Positions 1 to 19,846 of a stretch of DNA of 64,000 nucleotides are shown here, piece by piece. Source of the DNA: the human T2T-CHM13v2.0 reference genome, Homo sapiens. A program made the position numbers and the translations under genes. Location of the stretch: the NCBI RefSeq assembly GCF_009914755.1, contig NC_060930.1; one strand, given 5' to 3'. Under the pieces are notes generated by a model, which ran no database searches, was not told the origin of the DNA, and was given only the letters and a program-made list of their open reading frames with translations. The first letter of the stretch is position 1; the number at the start of each line of letters is the position of its first letter.

Positions 1-1454
1 GGCCCCACTTAAGGGTCAGGCTTGTTTTGCTAGACCTGGTTTCCACTTGATCCTTTTCTTCAAGATAACTCACCTGCCCAGTGATAAACGTATGGCCCAG
101 CGTCCACCCTCTCAAAAGCAATTTGTCTCTGGAATCCTCTCTTCCAAGCTGCCATAAAATCACTATGGGGTTTGCAACATGAGGGAGACTTGCTTTCTAA
201 TCTTCATAAAGGTTTTACCCCAAAGCTCTCCCATCTCGTCTGGAGCTGTTCCCATCATACCCCTCCACCTTCTCCTAATAAGCGCTTGGATTCCTACAGA
301 GAAATAGCCAGCATTGCCCCATGTTGGACAAACAGCAGAGTCCGCCTCAACCAGAGACAGATCAGGCGCTAAGGAGGGCAGAGGCTGGAACATTTGGAGG
401 CAATGTCGGGTCACTGTCGCTTTGCAATCCATTGCTCTGACAAGAATGCAAAGTGATTATTTTAAAAATCACTCTTGTATTGCTTTTTTCATGATCAGGA
501 ATTTAAAAAAATGAAAATATCAGCATATAAAGCTGCAACAGTCCTATACTCCCTTCCTCATAACCCTGCAACTCAGCATCTTCCCAGTTTAAGTTTAAAC
601 AAAAGAAAAGAGGGGGTGGGGGTGTTCTATTTCCTGAGAGCAATTCCTGGCAGGGCTGCAGCCTGGATATTCTGCCTGCTCTGGTGCAGACTGGCATCTA
701 TCCTAGGGCTCAAAGAGATGGCTTCAGAGCCGATTATCACCCTGTACCAGCCACCACAGATGGCATTAGCTGACCCTAAGCTGGGAGCAGAATTCAAAGA
801 AGTCTTTTTTTCTGGGAGTGAGCTCCCAGAAGCTTGTGTTAATTGCAGGCACTGTGCCCTACAGGGGAAGACCCAGAGCTCTGGGGCTGGGAGCACCTGG
901 CCTTGGCCAACCCCAGCCTACTCATCAGAGAGGTTGCTGCTGGCCCCACAGGGCCCAGAAGTCCAGTGCCTCTAGAAAATGCATCAGCCTCTGGTTGGAG
1001 ATGAGAGGATTCCAAGATGTTCAAGGGTCTCTGGTGTCACAATGCACATTCTATTTACCATCCAACCATTTTAAAAGGGTAAACGCTTCCTGTTAATTTA
1101 TACAATGCCAGGGAGTTTGATACGAGCTCAATGACTCAACTATCTCCCTGGTGTTTGTGCTCAGGGAACTTGTGAGGAACCTTGGGGATTCCTACAAGTG
1201 TGCTTGGAATCACAGTACTGGGCAGTAATATGAATAGTAGTACTAGTAGTAGTAACATCCGTGCCTGATGCTTTTGTAGAGATTGGAGGTACATAGATGA
1301 GGCAGGGAATACTTAGGGTAGACTGCATCTTCTGTGAGCTGTAAATGAATCTTGTTGTGGGCCCATTGCTCAGTCTTCACAACTACTACTTACCCAAGGG
1401 AGATGGAGAGAAGAAAGAAAAGCGGGGAGTAGCTACATAGAAAGCAGCTTGGAG

Positions 1455-1545
1455 AAGTGACTCACTCTCTCTAAGTCTGCTTCCTCATCCATGAAATGGG
1501 GTGATAACTACCTAACAGGGTGCTTGGGAGGATGAGATCAGGTGG
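1455..1545 (+). mobile_element. MIR fragment
   Basis: aagtgactcactctctctaagtctgcttcctcatccatgaaatgggg resembles the MIR core. Confidence 0.6.
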
Positions 1546-1764
1546 GTGGGCATTCATCTAACAGATATCTCTTATGTGTCAGGCGCTGTTCTGTACAGAA
1601 CAAATGAAGTCCATGACCTCATGAAGGCCATGTTCTAATAAGAATAAAAATGATAATTCATCAGGAGGCATAGCTGTCTTAAGTGACTGAATGTTAAAAT
1701 ACATGAAGGAAAAACTGATAAAAAATAAAAGGAGAAATAGAAAGTTCCAGGGTTGTGCTATGAA

Positions 1765-4475
1765 ATTTGACAACTCCCTTCTACTATTGATAGAACAAAT
1801 CAGGTTTTTTAAAAAATCAGTAAGGAAATAGATTTTACCAACATTATCAACTATTCTAACCTAATCAATATGTACAAAACACTATACTGTATAGAATACA
1901 TATTCATTTCTTTCAAGTGCACATAGAATGTTTTCTAACCCAGACTCTATACTGGTTGATTAAATAAGTCTTAAAAATCGTCCAAAGCTTGAAATTTTAC
2001 AAGATATGGTCTCTGACTACCATAGAATTTAATCAGGGATCAGTAATAAAATATCCAGATTATCCTCCCAAATACCTGGAAATTAAAAACCCATCTAAGG
2101 AACCCACGGGTCAAAGGGAAAATCACAAATGAAACTAGAAAGTAACTTCTAACTGGATGATATGAAAACACAAGACATCAACATTTCTGGGATGCAGCTA
2201 ATGCAGTATGGAGAGGGAATTTTATAGCTTTAAAAGCCTATGTTAGAAAGGAAAAAAGGTTCAAAATCATGATCTAAGTTTCCACATTAAGAAGTTAGAA
2301 CAAGAAGAGCAAGTTAAACTCAAAGTTAAGCAGAAATAAAGAAATAACTGGAAAAAAGCTGAAGTCAATGAAGTAGAAGACAAAGATTAATAATAGAGAA
2401 AATTAACAAAACCAAAACTCATTATTTGAAAAGATTTATGAAGTTGATAAGGCCCTAGAAATGCTAATCAAGAAGAGAAAACACAAATGATCGATATCAG
2501 AAATGAAAGAGCAAGTAGCATTAGAATGATAATAAGGGAATGTAGACACTAGAATGATAATAAGGGGATGTAATGAATGCCTTTATGCCAATAAAATGCA
2601 TATCTCAGATAGAATGGAAACGTTTCTTGAACAAAACTAATAAAAACCATCTCAAGAAGGAATTGCACATATGAATAGTCTATATATTTAAGGAATTTAA
2701 TTCATAATCTAAAACCTTCCCTGAAAGAAAACTCTGGGCTCAGATAGTTTCACTGATAAATATTAAATTTTAAGGAATAAATAATACCTATCTGATACAA
2801 TCTCTTAGAAAACAGAGAGAAAATTATTTCATTCCATTGCTTTTTATGAGCCTGAAATAACCCTGATACCACACACAGACAAAGGCACTACAGGAAAAGA
2901 AAACTGCAGACCAGTATTCATCATGAACATAAATGTAAATATCAACAATACAATATGAGCAGATTAAGTCTGGCAGTGTATAAGAAAAGGCAATTCACCA
3001 TGACCAAGTGAGATGGAAATACAAGGTTGTTGCAACATTTGAAAATCAATGCATGTAACTGACCACTCCAACAGTATAAATGAGAAAAATTATATCATCA
3101 CCTCAAAATTTAACACTGAAATATTGAACATTTTCTCCTAAGACCAGAAACAAGCTAAAGATGTTGGTTCCTATTTCTATTCAATGTTGTACTGAAGTCT
3201 TAGCAATGAAAAAAGACAAGAAAAAGAAATAAAGGACATGCAGGAAAAGAAAAAGTAAAGCTATCATTTTTTGGAGATAATATAATTGTGTCTAGGTCAG
3301 TATATGAAAACATGTTTGTATTTTCTAGCAGCAGTATTGAAAAAGTAATTTTAAAATACCATTAATAATAGCATCAAAAACATAAAATAGGGATAAATTT
3401 AATAACATATGCACAAGACCTCTATGTAGACAATGAGAAAACATTGCCAAGAGAAGTTAAAAATATCTAAATACATGGAGAAATGTATATGATATTGATG
3501 AACTGCTAGGATGTTCATTTTTCCAAACTCATTTATAGATAAACACAATCCCAATTTCTTTTGCTAGAAATTGACAAGCAGATTCTGAAATTCATATAAA
3601 AATACTAATAATCTAGAATAACCAGGACAATTTTGAAAAACATAAACAAAGTTGAAGGGCTTGCACTTCCTGATTGTAAAACTTACTATAAAGTTACAGT
3701 AATCAATACAGTATGGTACTAGCATAAGAATAGGTATATAAATCAACGGAACAGAATAGAATCCAGAAAAAGACTCGTGCATCTGTGAGTAATTAATTTT
3801 TGATAAAGATGTCAAGGTCATTCAGTGGGCAAAGGATAGTCTTTTCAACAACCATGGCTGACAAAGTAGATGTTCATATTTTAAAAATTGAACTACAACT
3901 CCTTTTTCATCCCATATAAAAAGTTAATTCTATGTGAATTATAGACATAAAAATAAAAGATAAAACCATAAAACACCTAGAACAAAAACATAAAGCAAAA
4001 TATTTGCAACATGGGCACAGGCAAAATTTTCTTACACAGGACAAAAAGCATTAGTCATATAAGGAAAACAATTGATGAATTGGACTTTATCAAAATTAAA
4101 ATTTTCTGCTCTCTGAAATATACTGTTAAGAAAATGAAAAGTCAATCCATAGGGTAGGAGAAAATTATCTATCTATCCATCTATCTATCGATCATCTATA
4201 TCTGGGAAAGGACTTGTATCCAGAATGTGTAAAGAACTCTTACAATTCAATAAAAAGTAGACTCAATTTTTTTAAATAGGCAAAAGCCAGTAGAGACACT
4301 TTGCAAAAGGAGTCAAATGACCAATATGAACACGAAAAGACGGTCAAGAAAACTAGTCATCCAGGAAATAAAAATTAAAACCACAATGAGATACCATTTC
4401 ACCCCCAGTCACATGGCTAATACTGAAAAGATTGACAATATCAAGTGTTGATTGGCTGTGGAGCAACTAGAACTC
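1765..4475 (+). mobile_element. Old L1 (L1M-type) ORF2 remnant
   Basis: A-rich degenerate ORF2 motifs throughout (acttactataaagttacagtaatcaatacagtatggtact; aaaaccacaatgagataccatttcac). Internal (ATCT)n at ~4166-4202. Confidence 0.85.
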
Positions 4476-4605
4476 TTTCTGGGGAAGATCCAGATATAGG
4501 GAGAGTATGAAGCCATTCCAGAGGCCCAGAGATAAGCTGGCCCCAAAAGATGGGGTGTTACATATATTCCTTTATTTTGGTCCACAACAACTGTTAAGAG
4601 GCAAA

Positions 4606-4638
<33 letters not shown>

Positions 4639-4651
4639 CATTATTATTATT
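4606..4651. repeat. (TTA)n microsatellite inside a minus-strand MIR (~4580-4780)
   Basis: About 15 TTA units seen directly; flanks resemble MIR. Confidence 0.9.
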
Positions 4652-5137
4652 CCCTTCCTTTTAGGTCAAGACACTAATGGACAGGAAGCTTAAAGAATTG
4701 CCAGATAACTAGCAGAGCAGCAAAGTGATCTCAGTCAGTCTTTTGTTCCCAACTCTGTGCTGGTAACATCAGTGCTATAAACCCCTGACTCGGGATTTTT
4801 CCCCCTGAGGTTCCCCTCATGGTGTGTGACGGGCAGCACAATTGCTGGTGGAGAGCTAGTGTTAGATTGTCAGGCCAGCCAAAGGAGCAGTTTCAGGGCT
4901 GGAGTTCCATTCTAGCAAAGTGTGACTCTACTGAAAGGCAACCATTTAAACAAACACCTATTCCATATCGGGGCTTAATCAGGGCCAGGCCCTGTACTAG
5001 GAGTCAGGAACAGTACACGAACGATCTGTGCTCCCAGCAGGGCATTTAAATTGTATGTAAGATGGACTGATAATGTAAACAACCATTCAAACAAAGTCAG
5101 AATGTGCTGAAAGATGAGCCAGGTCCGCACTGTCTGT

Positions 5138-5357
5138 CAGTGGTTCTCACACTTGAGCATGCATTAGACTCACCTAAAGCAGAACTCCTGAAAACACAGA
5201 CAGCTGGGCCCCACCCCCGAGAGGTTCTGACTCAGCAGGTCTGGGGTAAGGCCTGAGAATTTGCATTTCTAACAAGTTTCCTGGTGAAGATGCTGCTGCT
5301 GGTCTGGGTTGGGGTGGGGAGGGGGTGGGGGGGGGGGCCTCATTTTGAGAACAGCTG
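5138..5357 (+). mobile_element. MER5A (hAT-Charlie MITE)
   Basis: TIRs cagtggttctca...tgagaacagctg; internal gggccccaccccc and gagaatttgcatttctaacaag. Confidence 0.9.
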
Positions 5358-5366
5358 GTGCAAATG

Positions 5367-5555
5367 AATGGCTCTTCACCCTAGTTGTCTATTAAAATCA
5401 TGTAGGATTTTAGAAAGGAGGCTTAGAAAAATAACTGGTGCTTGGACCCAGACTAGACTAACTGAAACTTTCTCTTGGGGATAGTGCTTTATCACTGGTA
5501 GTTTTTTAAAGCTTCTTAAGTGATTCTAATTTGAAATCAGGGTGGAGAACCACTG
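5367..5555 (+). mobile_element. MER5-family MITE (MER5B/MER5A1-like)
   Basis: Ends gtgattctaat...cagggtggagaaccactg. Confidence 0.7.
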
Positions 5556-5569
5556 GGGCAGGTGCTACT

Positions 5570-5681
5570 TGGAGCAACCAGCTGTCTGGGTGGACTCAGG
5601 GCTGAGGGGTTTCTGAAATGCAAAACACTGAATGTTAAAACTTGAACAGTCCCAGGCAAAAAAGGATGAAGCCACACCCTG
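5570..5681. mobile_element. MER81-like hAT MITE
   Basis: gggctgaggggtttc...ttaaaacttgaacagtcccaggcaaaaaaggatga...caccct resembles the MER81 consensus. Confidence 0.6.
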
Positions 5682-5764
5682 GATGCTACAGAGGGAATGT
5701 CTAGGCCCATCAGTGGTGCCCCTCCTCAGCTGATATGGATGTCGCCTGAAGAAGATTACATAAT

Positions 5765-5880
5765 AATGAATGCTCCCAGAGATTGTAAATTAATTGAATT
5801 TTTCTGGGTACAGCTTGGCATCTGAAGTTTTAAAAGGTGCCTAAGAGATTCTAATGTGCAACCAAGGTTGAGAACCACTG
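5765..5880 (+). mobile_element. MER5-family MITE fragment
   Basis: Ends gattctaatgtgcaaccaaggttgagaaccactg. Confidence 0.7.
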
Positions 5881-6399
5881 GGCCAGGAGAAAGGAACAGG
5901 ATGTTGGATTGAGGAATTACGACTTTATTGGTGACCTAAGATCAGTTTTAGAGAAGTGTTTTAAATACTAGCCATTTTTCAAAGGCCAGGGTACATAAAT
6001 GTATGAGTATGGGGAGAAAGAGGAGACAGTCCATAAAAGACTCTTCTTTGAAAAGTTTGGCAGAAAGGAATAAGCATATTTGGGAAAAATTTCACCCTTC
6101 TTCCGTGGGTAATATAAAAATTTCCACACATATGGATTTTCAGTTAAATCTAACAATTGCCATTTGGGATTTTGTAGTGGCTGGCGCAGGACCCAGAGCA
6201 CAGTATGCTGGGGTCCTGGCTGCATGGGAGGGAGTGGGCTTTGCAGGTGACTCTCTTGCGTCCATTCCCCTCTGCCCTCACTGTACAGCATCAGTGCAGT
6301 GTGAGGAACTGACTTTGCCTCCCCGAGTTGTTAACGGTGGTTTACTAATCCCCCTTTCCAGTGTTGGGTTTGGGAATCCAGGCCTAAGGGAGTTCATAA

Positions 6400-6760
6400 A
6401 TAGGATTCCCACTGCAACAGATACTGGTCAGAAGCAAGAGAGTAACCAAATGTCCCAGGCAGACGAAGAGAAGATCCTTCTTCTATGGTTGGAGGAAAGA
6501 CACTCTCCCACTGAAGGTGAGCCAACATGTAGCTAGGAATGCCACCAGCTGCCAGACAATACCCACAAGGGGGACACACCAGCCTGAGCTTGGACTGACA
6601 GAGGACATCCAAAGAGAAACAGGGAGGAACACAGTTCTTGAGAACATCATTGACCCACTGAAAGTCTGCAAGCCTGCTTTACTGCCAGATTTCTGGTTGT
6701 ATGAGCTAAGGAAGAGATTTTGCATTGGCTTTTCTATTATTTGCAGCTGAAGACACCCAA
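6400..6760 (+). mobile_element. Ancient ERVL/MaLR-type LTR fragment
   Basis: 3' end ttttctattatttgcagctgaagacaccc resembles LTR16/LTR33-type termini. Confidence 0.4.
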
Positions 6761-7173
6761 ATTGGTTTGTGCAGTCAGGGCAGGGTGCAGGGAAAAACAG
6801 CCCAGATACAGAGGTTGCTCTGTGAGGGCAGCCAGCCTTCCAAATGACGGTGCACAAGATAGGGCCAGCTCAAATGTGGTCCAGGAAAGTCCTTGGTGCT
6901 GGAAAGGCCAATCTTGTGGAATAGAGCACAACAGTAGGAAATTCAGGCCATGGTGAAATATCAGGAGCCAGGTTGGATGCAGGTGTGTTCTGCATGCCCC
7001 AGATCTACGCAGTAGGCACAGCCATTGAGTGACACAATCCAGCCCTGGGTGAGGGTGGAGGGTGGGGATTCTTGCAAGAGCTAGTAATTCCATGATGATA
7101 TCTGCTGCAGTTTATTACAGCCTTGCCGTTTGTCAGATGTTGCTGAGTGCTCTACATGTATTATATGATTTTA

Positions 7174-13316
<6,143 letters not shown>

Positions 13317-13409
13317 ATTATATGATTTTAAATACTCATGAAAAACAAAACAAACAATGCTTGGATGTAAGCAATGATTGCCCCTGCTTTCAGGTGGACA
13401 AGAGGTTTA

Positions 13410-13960
13410 GAGTTCAAGTAGAGTTGAGTCAACATTCAAAAATTAATCCATGTCATTCTCTATAAACAGACTTAAGAATATGACCATGTCCATAGATGCA
13501 GAGCAAGCAGTTGATGAAATCCAACCACCATTTGTGTTAAAATCTCTCAGCAAGCTAGGAATTAAAAGTAATTTCCTCAAACTGATAAAGAACATCTTTG
13601 AAAAACACTACAGCTAACATCATACTTAATGATCAAAGACTGAATGCTTTTCCCCCAAGAACAAGAACAAAGCAAGACTGTCTGTTCTTACCTCTCCCAT
13701 TCAACATTGTACTGGACTTACTAGCCAGTGAAATAAGACAAGAAAGTGAAATAAAAGTCACCTGAAGAAAAAGGAAGAAAGAAAATTATTTCTATTTGTA
13801 AATGACATAACTGCCTACGTAGAAAACCCCAAATAATCTACACAAAATCTATTAGAACTAATAAGTGAGATTATCAAGGTCACAGAATCCAACATCAATA
13901 TGCCAAAACCAATTGTATTTCTATATGGAAGCAATGAACAACTGGGTATTAAAATTAAAG
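13410..13960 (+). mobile_element. L1M ORF2 fragment
   Basis: atagatgcagagcaagcagttgatgaaatcc; cagctaacatcatacttaatg; ctattagaactaataagtgag. Confidence 0.8.
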
Positions 13961-14869
13961 TTAAGTAGAGGGTGATAGGTGCACAGTAGTGATTGGGAGA
14001 GTGGAGCATCCATTCGGTTGCCAGGTACCATGGGGTCTGCTTCCAGCATCTCTTTATACTCACTGACAGCAAAAGGAAGGAAGAGCTACACCTGATGTCT
14101 ACACGGGATCACAGGGCACATTGCTGAGCCAGGTGCTGTGGACTTGATGCAACAAGACTGGATTCCAGATCTTGCGATGAGATAATTAACATATTCCCCC
14201 TCAAGATTGCCTCAGGACTGAGGCTGCAAAAGGAGGCTCCAAGACCCAAGTGCCAGGAGCTGAGAAAGGGCAGTAGGGACTGACGGTCTTGCTGCAAAGA
14301 TTTCATTCTTGCCAGATATTACTTATGCAGGCTGCTAAGAAATCATTTAGCAAATCACTTTTCTCCAAGGTTAAATGGAAGTCTACTGGCTTGAAAGACT
14401 TCATAGTCAACCAGCAGGCAGGCTGCCTCCCACTCAGGGTTCAGGCTGGAGGGGTCTTGGCAACACTTCACAAGCTCCCTTGAGCAGAGAGCAGAAACAG
14501 ATGGAGGCAGTGGTGCCTAAGAGAAAATGGCTAGACAGGGCAGAGCCAAATGACAAGAACAGGGGCCATTCATCAAACCCAATGCAGAGCACAGGATGGG
14601 TAGCATGCACGGTAACCAGATCACACTTCTGCCTTCTAGGAAATCTGACAGCAAGTCCATGCTGATACAGACCTACAGATAGAATAATAAACAGTGCACA
14701 GAGTTATGACTTGCCCACGGAACAATAAAATCAATGTTCACTTTAGGTTGGCAGGTGGGGAGTGAGTAGAAGAAGGGGAACGTCAACTGAGCCACTTGCA
14801 GATGACAGTCGCAATGCGCAGCCCCTGACTTACTTAATAAGCTTCAAGGCCCCCAGTGCGCTGGCCCTG

Positions 14870-15360
14870 GCTTGCGATCCCTCAGATCCATGCACACCCT
14901 TCCCCTCTTGGCCTCAAGACAGCAGGCCTGGCTCCTGCAGGCTCTGCTTCTCAGGCCCCCAAGTCATGTGGCTTCCCATACAGGTTCAATCTAAGGGAGA
15001 CAAGGGCTGGCAGCTGCAGGGTGGGAGGAAGGAAGAAGCAAGATGCTTGTGTCCTCCTCTCCCTTTACCCCGGCATCTTCTCCAAATGGCTTCTTGATGG
15101 CTCCACTTCCCATCCCAGAGGCTCATTGTGGATCCATCCTCTTTGGAGTGATTCTAGCTCTCGGACTCCAAAAACATAGCCCCCTCCGTGTCACCAGTTG
15201 AGAGGTTGTGGTGGCTTCCTACTGATGCCAATGGCTGGGAACCTCGCCATCCCTGTTTGGGACTTCTTTGCTGCTCTGTCGTTTGCATAACCAATATCCT
15301 GCATTAAATTCCCTTGGATGTAAACTTCTTGGTTTTCCTCTAACTGATTCTCTTAGTAAG
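14870..15360 (+). mobile_element. Ancient ERVL LTR (LTR16/LTR33-like)
   Basis: cagggtgggaggaaggaagaagc...attaaattccct...ggttttcct 3' signature. Confidence 0.45.
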
Positions 15361-15989
15361 TGTCCAATAACACAAGGTGGTTTTTCCTTGCTTGCTGCTA
15401 ATATATCATTTACCCACCACTGGCCTGAAAAGGAGCCAATATATGCTAATTTTCATAGATGAGGAATCCGAGTCTTGGATATATTAAGGAAGTAGCTCAG
15501 AGAAAAGCAGGAGACTTCAAAGAGAAGTCTGTCTTGTTTCTTAATCTTAATCTTCAAAGTGTGGAGTATTTCCCGTAAGTTTCAGCACGGATACAATGAT
15601 AGATCCTGTTGGCCCATTCAGGAAGAATTTCAGAGAGACCATGAGTGACATTTCACAAGAATCTACACCTTCTAAGTCCTAACAGTGAAAACCAGCCCCT
15701 AAATAAGATTTCTCCTATCATTTGATGAGTACATTTTGTTACCAGAAATTTGCTACCAGTATATTTGCTTCCATGAGTCCAGAAAAGGATGAAAATTAGT
15801 CTTCAAATATTGACATTTAAATGGGAGCTTCCCTGAAACTAGCGACAGGAATGCTCTCTGCAATTCAATAATTCTGTTCATAAAAGCCACCCTGTTATGG
15901 TAAAAAAAAAATTGTTATCTGTTTTCAGAGGTCAATTAAAAAATTAAAATCTCACCTAAGTCCTCTTACTTAGAGTCTCTACATTGATT

Positions 15990-16140
15990 TTATGTCAAAA
16001 AATAATAGTTGTATATATTTATGGGGTACAAAGTGATGTTATGATGTATGTATACAATGCAGAGTGATTGAATCAAGCTGATTAGCATATACATCACCTC
16101 AAATACATATCATTTACTCACTCTGTCTAACTGAAACTTC
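15990..16140 (-). mobile_element. L1MA 3'-end fragment
   Basis: gtatatatttatggggtacaaagtgatgttatga...catcacctcaaata. Confidence 0.75.
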
Positions 16141-16464
16141 CCTACATCTTTTCTAACAAGATTAGAACGTGAAGGGATGCAGAATTCAGAATCTGGAACT
16201 TTCAGGGTCGTACGCGTTGATCACTGGAGGCCCCAGAGGCTGAAGAATGTGAGCAAAGTCAACATGGAAATGATTATTTAAAACAAAAAACAAACCTGTA
16301 ACCAAACCAAACAAAATTTGTTTTATTTGGATGCTTTTAATGCTGCAGATGTCCTCTCAAGGTTGATAAGAGCTTCAGCAGCCATTTAGACCAACCCTCA
16401 CCTTCTCGCTGAACAGTCATACCTGCTGTACTTGCTGATCCAGGCAAAGCCCTAGGTCCTTCTT

Positions 16465-17040
16465 TTTGTTTCTAATAACTTTATTCAGGTACATGTGATA
16501 TACAATACATTGCACATATTTAAAGTGTGTAATTTGGTAAGTTTTGACGAATGCATGCATCCATGAAGCTATCATCACAATCAAGAGAGTGAACGTATCC
16601 ACCAGATTTTTTTTTTAAGTGGGGTGTGGGTGTGGGTGTGGGTCAGTGAGGGAATGGATATGTTTACCCAGGGATTTTTGTTTTGTTTTGTATCATTTTT
16701 AAGAGTGTATAGTTCAGTGTTCTGTAGTATAGTCACCAAGTTGTGCAACCATTACAACTAATTCCAGAACATTTCTTCAACGCAAATCGTGTACTCATTA
16801 GGAGGCCCACATTCACTCCCCATTCCTTTCTCTATCCCTCACCTCCAGCCCCTGACAACCACTAATCTACCTTTTCTCTCTATAGGTTTGCTTATTTTGG
16901 ACAATTCATATAAATGGAATCATGCGATACATAGATTTTTGTGTCTGGCTTCATTCACTTAGTATAATAAATTCAAGGTCCATCTATGTTGTAGCAGGTA
17001 TCAATACTTCATTCCTTTTTATTGTTAAATATTACTCTGT
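16465..17040 (-). mobile_element. L1MB/ME 3'-end fragments
   Basis: cccctgacaaccactaatctac; atataaatggaatcatgc; gtctggcttcattcacttag. Confidence 0.75.
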
Positions 17041-17774
17041 TGGGTACTAAATTCACTGACTATCTTATCATATAGCCCTCAAAAGAACACTGTGTTCACA
17101 AAGTCATAATGAGAACCTTTGTCTTCTAGAAACCCAAATACACTATGCCTACGTCCCCATCCACCCCGATCTATGAGCTTAGTAATATTGTCCAAAAAGG
17201 GTCTGAGGCCAGTCCAGCCTCCCTTGTTCTTGGGTGAATGGGCTTTGGCCACCTGTGATGTCCTCTTCCCTTCTAAGCGTTCACAGATGGCTCATCTGGT
17301 TATCAGTATCAGTGCTTTCCCAGGATGCACATGGAGCCCACTGGGTCATCATCTGTGGCGTCTGCATTGTTCCCATGATTCAATGTGAACTTCATGTGTG
17401 TCTACCTCCAGTCTTCTGGTTCCTCTCCCACCTTCGTTTCTGAAAGGTCATCTCACTTGGCTGGAAGGTGCTTCATCCCGTGCAGGGAACTGTCAGCCAT
17501 GCAGAGCAGCTGGTGGCTCTTCTCCCGTCTCAGTACCTGTCTTGGCCCTCCATTCCCTCAAGCAGTGCTCATTCCACCCAACCCTCAGCTTGTTTGTGTC
17601 GTTTACCAATGTCACACCATCCACCTTTCCTATTCCTGTTCTTGTTTTAAATGTCACAAAGATGCCTCCTGCCTGACTAGGCCTCCTGACCCTGACCTGA
17701 CAGATCGTGGCTCTCTCATAGTCATCCCTAGAGTATGTCCTTCTTCCGTTTTCTTTGTTCGTTTTCTTTAATAA

Positions 17775-18035
17775 TGTTTTCTGTTTCAGAATAATTTTAG
17801 ATTTACAGAAAAGTTGAAATGATACTGCATTGAGTTTCCCTATACCCCTCACCCAGTTTCTCCCAATGTTAACATCTTATGTAACCATGGCACGTGTATT
17901 AAAACTAAGACATTAACACTGGTACATTACTTCTAACTAAACTACAGACTTCGTTGAGATTTAACCAATTTTCCCACCAGTGTCCTTTTTCCATTCCAGC
18001 ATCCAATCTAGATGCCCACATTGTGTTTAGTCTGT
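17775..18035 (-). mobile_element. L1MC/MD 3'-end fragment
   Basis: aataattttagatttacagaaaagttg...cccagtttctcccaatgttaacatctta. Confidence 0.75.
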
Positions 18036-19846
18036 GTTCATTCTTAATCTCAGTTATCAAAGTCTCTAACATTTTTTTTACCTTCCTCGTCAGGATTATT
18101 TGATTTAGACTAAAAGGGTCACTCTTTTTCTCTTAACTCACTTTGTTTAATTTGCAAGGCAATAGAGTTTTCTTGAAATGTCTTCCCTTCAAGGAGCTTA
18201 TGCCATTAGCTGAGACCTAGAAATTAATCTTTTAGTGCCGAGGATACCTACCACTTTGGGGACCCCTGGGTTCCTTGACTAGCTCACAATTTGTGACAAA
18301 ATGGTCAGCTCATCCCAAGTTTCTTTTCGGCTCTATATTTTATCAACTGCTCTCTCCTGTTAGATAAAACCAGGTTTGAAGTAGGCATCTCCCCCAAGGG
18401 TTCCTCCTAATCTTCTAATAAATCGTGCCTAAGATTATTTGCACTAAGTAGACACTCTGACAGGTGCTGGGCGCCTGATGTGTAGCCCACGAGGTGACTG
18501 AGTGAGGGTTTCCCTCAGAAGCCCGCGGGAAGAGGGAATTCTAAGGGCACCTGGGAAGTGGGGGCAGCTCTGTCAGTCACAGCAGGTGAATCTCTAGGCT
18601 GCAGGCTGATTGTTACTGAGTGAAAAATCCTTAGCTTCACTAAGTTAATAAACCTTAAACTAGGTTAAAGGGTAAACAAAGTAATGATGAGCACAGCTGG
18701 GAGTCTGATCCTGTCAGGGACTTATGGGGCCTCCCACTGGACAAGAGACATGTTCCTGATTGGATGGGACAGTCTGCCTGCACTGTGATTTTAACACAAA
18801 AGTAGTTTCACGAAGTCAGTGCAAAATAGAAACTGATATAGTCGTGAGATGATAACTTCAATGTTGTTTAGAGATCTCCTGGTCATTTCAGAGGGCATTT
18901 CTTTCCAGTTACTTAACGTTATTGATGTACAAATGGTTGAACAGTTGTTTAAGTGTCCTTGTCTATGTAACACCATCTCTATACATTGGGATAACTGAAA
19001 TTCTGAATTGGCCAGAATTCATCCCAAAAAAACAGTCTTGAATTGAACTGAATTGAGTTGAATTTCTAGCACCTGTCACAAAGGCTAAGCTTCTTGGCTG
19101 TGATTTTTAAAGGCTTCTTTGAGTTGCCACCGAACTCTAATAATCATCTTTTTTAAAAGTGAGACTGAATGTCACTTGGTGGCTGGAAGTGGCCACAGTC
19201 ACAAATCAGAGAACAAAGTTCATCAAGTAGATAAGACACAGATATTGAATACTTACACCAATAAAGTTCTCTATATTTTTTTAATCCTGTTGAGTCAGTC
19301 CACCATCATCAAAAGTTGCTGAAGGACCCACATTTGTTGGAAAATAAGAGACTGGTATAAAGATGTCAGAAAAATATCTGGGTCTTAGCCCAGGACTTAG
19401 GTCCATGTAAAGCTATGTGGATTTGCACCTTCTTTTGAAAGACAGAAACCAGCATATGATCCAATTCAACAAGGTCTGAGTGTTATGAGTGTTATGCCAG
19501 AAAGACAGTGGAAGGAAGAGCTGGTCCTAGGAAACCATCCCATCAAAGAAAGGGGTATTTCCTGCACCTGCCTAACTCTGCTAGGAATTAGATATGAGCT
19601 TCAGGCCTGACTGATATCTTCTGTGAATGGGGGTCACCCTCTCTTTTACCAGTGCCTCTGGAAAATTACCACCTATTAAAAGGAAGAATACTGTTCCTAG
19701 AGGCAGACATCTCAAGAAGCTTGTAGCTTCAAGGAGCCTTCAATTATTCGAGATGTCAGCCTCTGAGAACTTCGCTCTCATAATTTGGGCACTAATCTTA
19801 GAAAGTAAGTTGGGCCAGTCATAAGTAAAAATAAAAATAATGAGGA

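Noticed and set aside
475-975. 166-aa + strand ORF
   Set aside because: No recognisable domain or exon structure; several overlapping ORFs on both strands point to chance.
2522-2572. 28-bp tandem duplication (tagaatgataataaggg.atgta)
   Set aside because: Ordinary slippage duplication inside a dead L1.
6003-6536. 177-aa + strand ORF
   Set aside because: Begins in L2-like and ends in LTR-like sequence; no homology recognised.
16621-16642. (GGGTGT)n G4-like motif
   Set aside because: Short simple repeat between L1 fragments with no supporting context.
18540-18850. Cluster of FOX-, HNF1-, E-box- and ISRE-like motifs
   Set aside because: All matches are short or imperfect; an enhancer cannot be supported without chromatin or conservation data.
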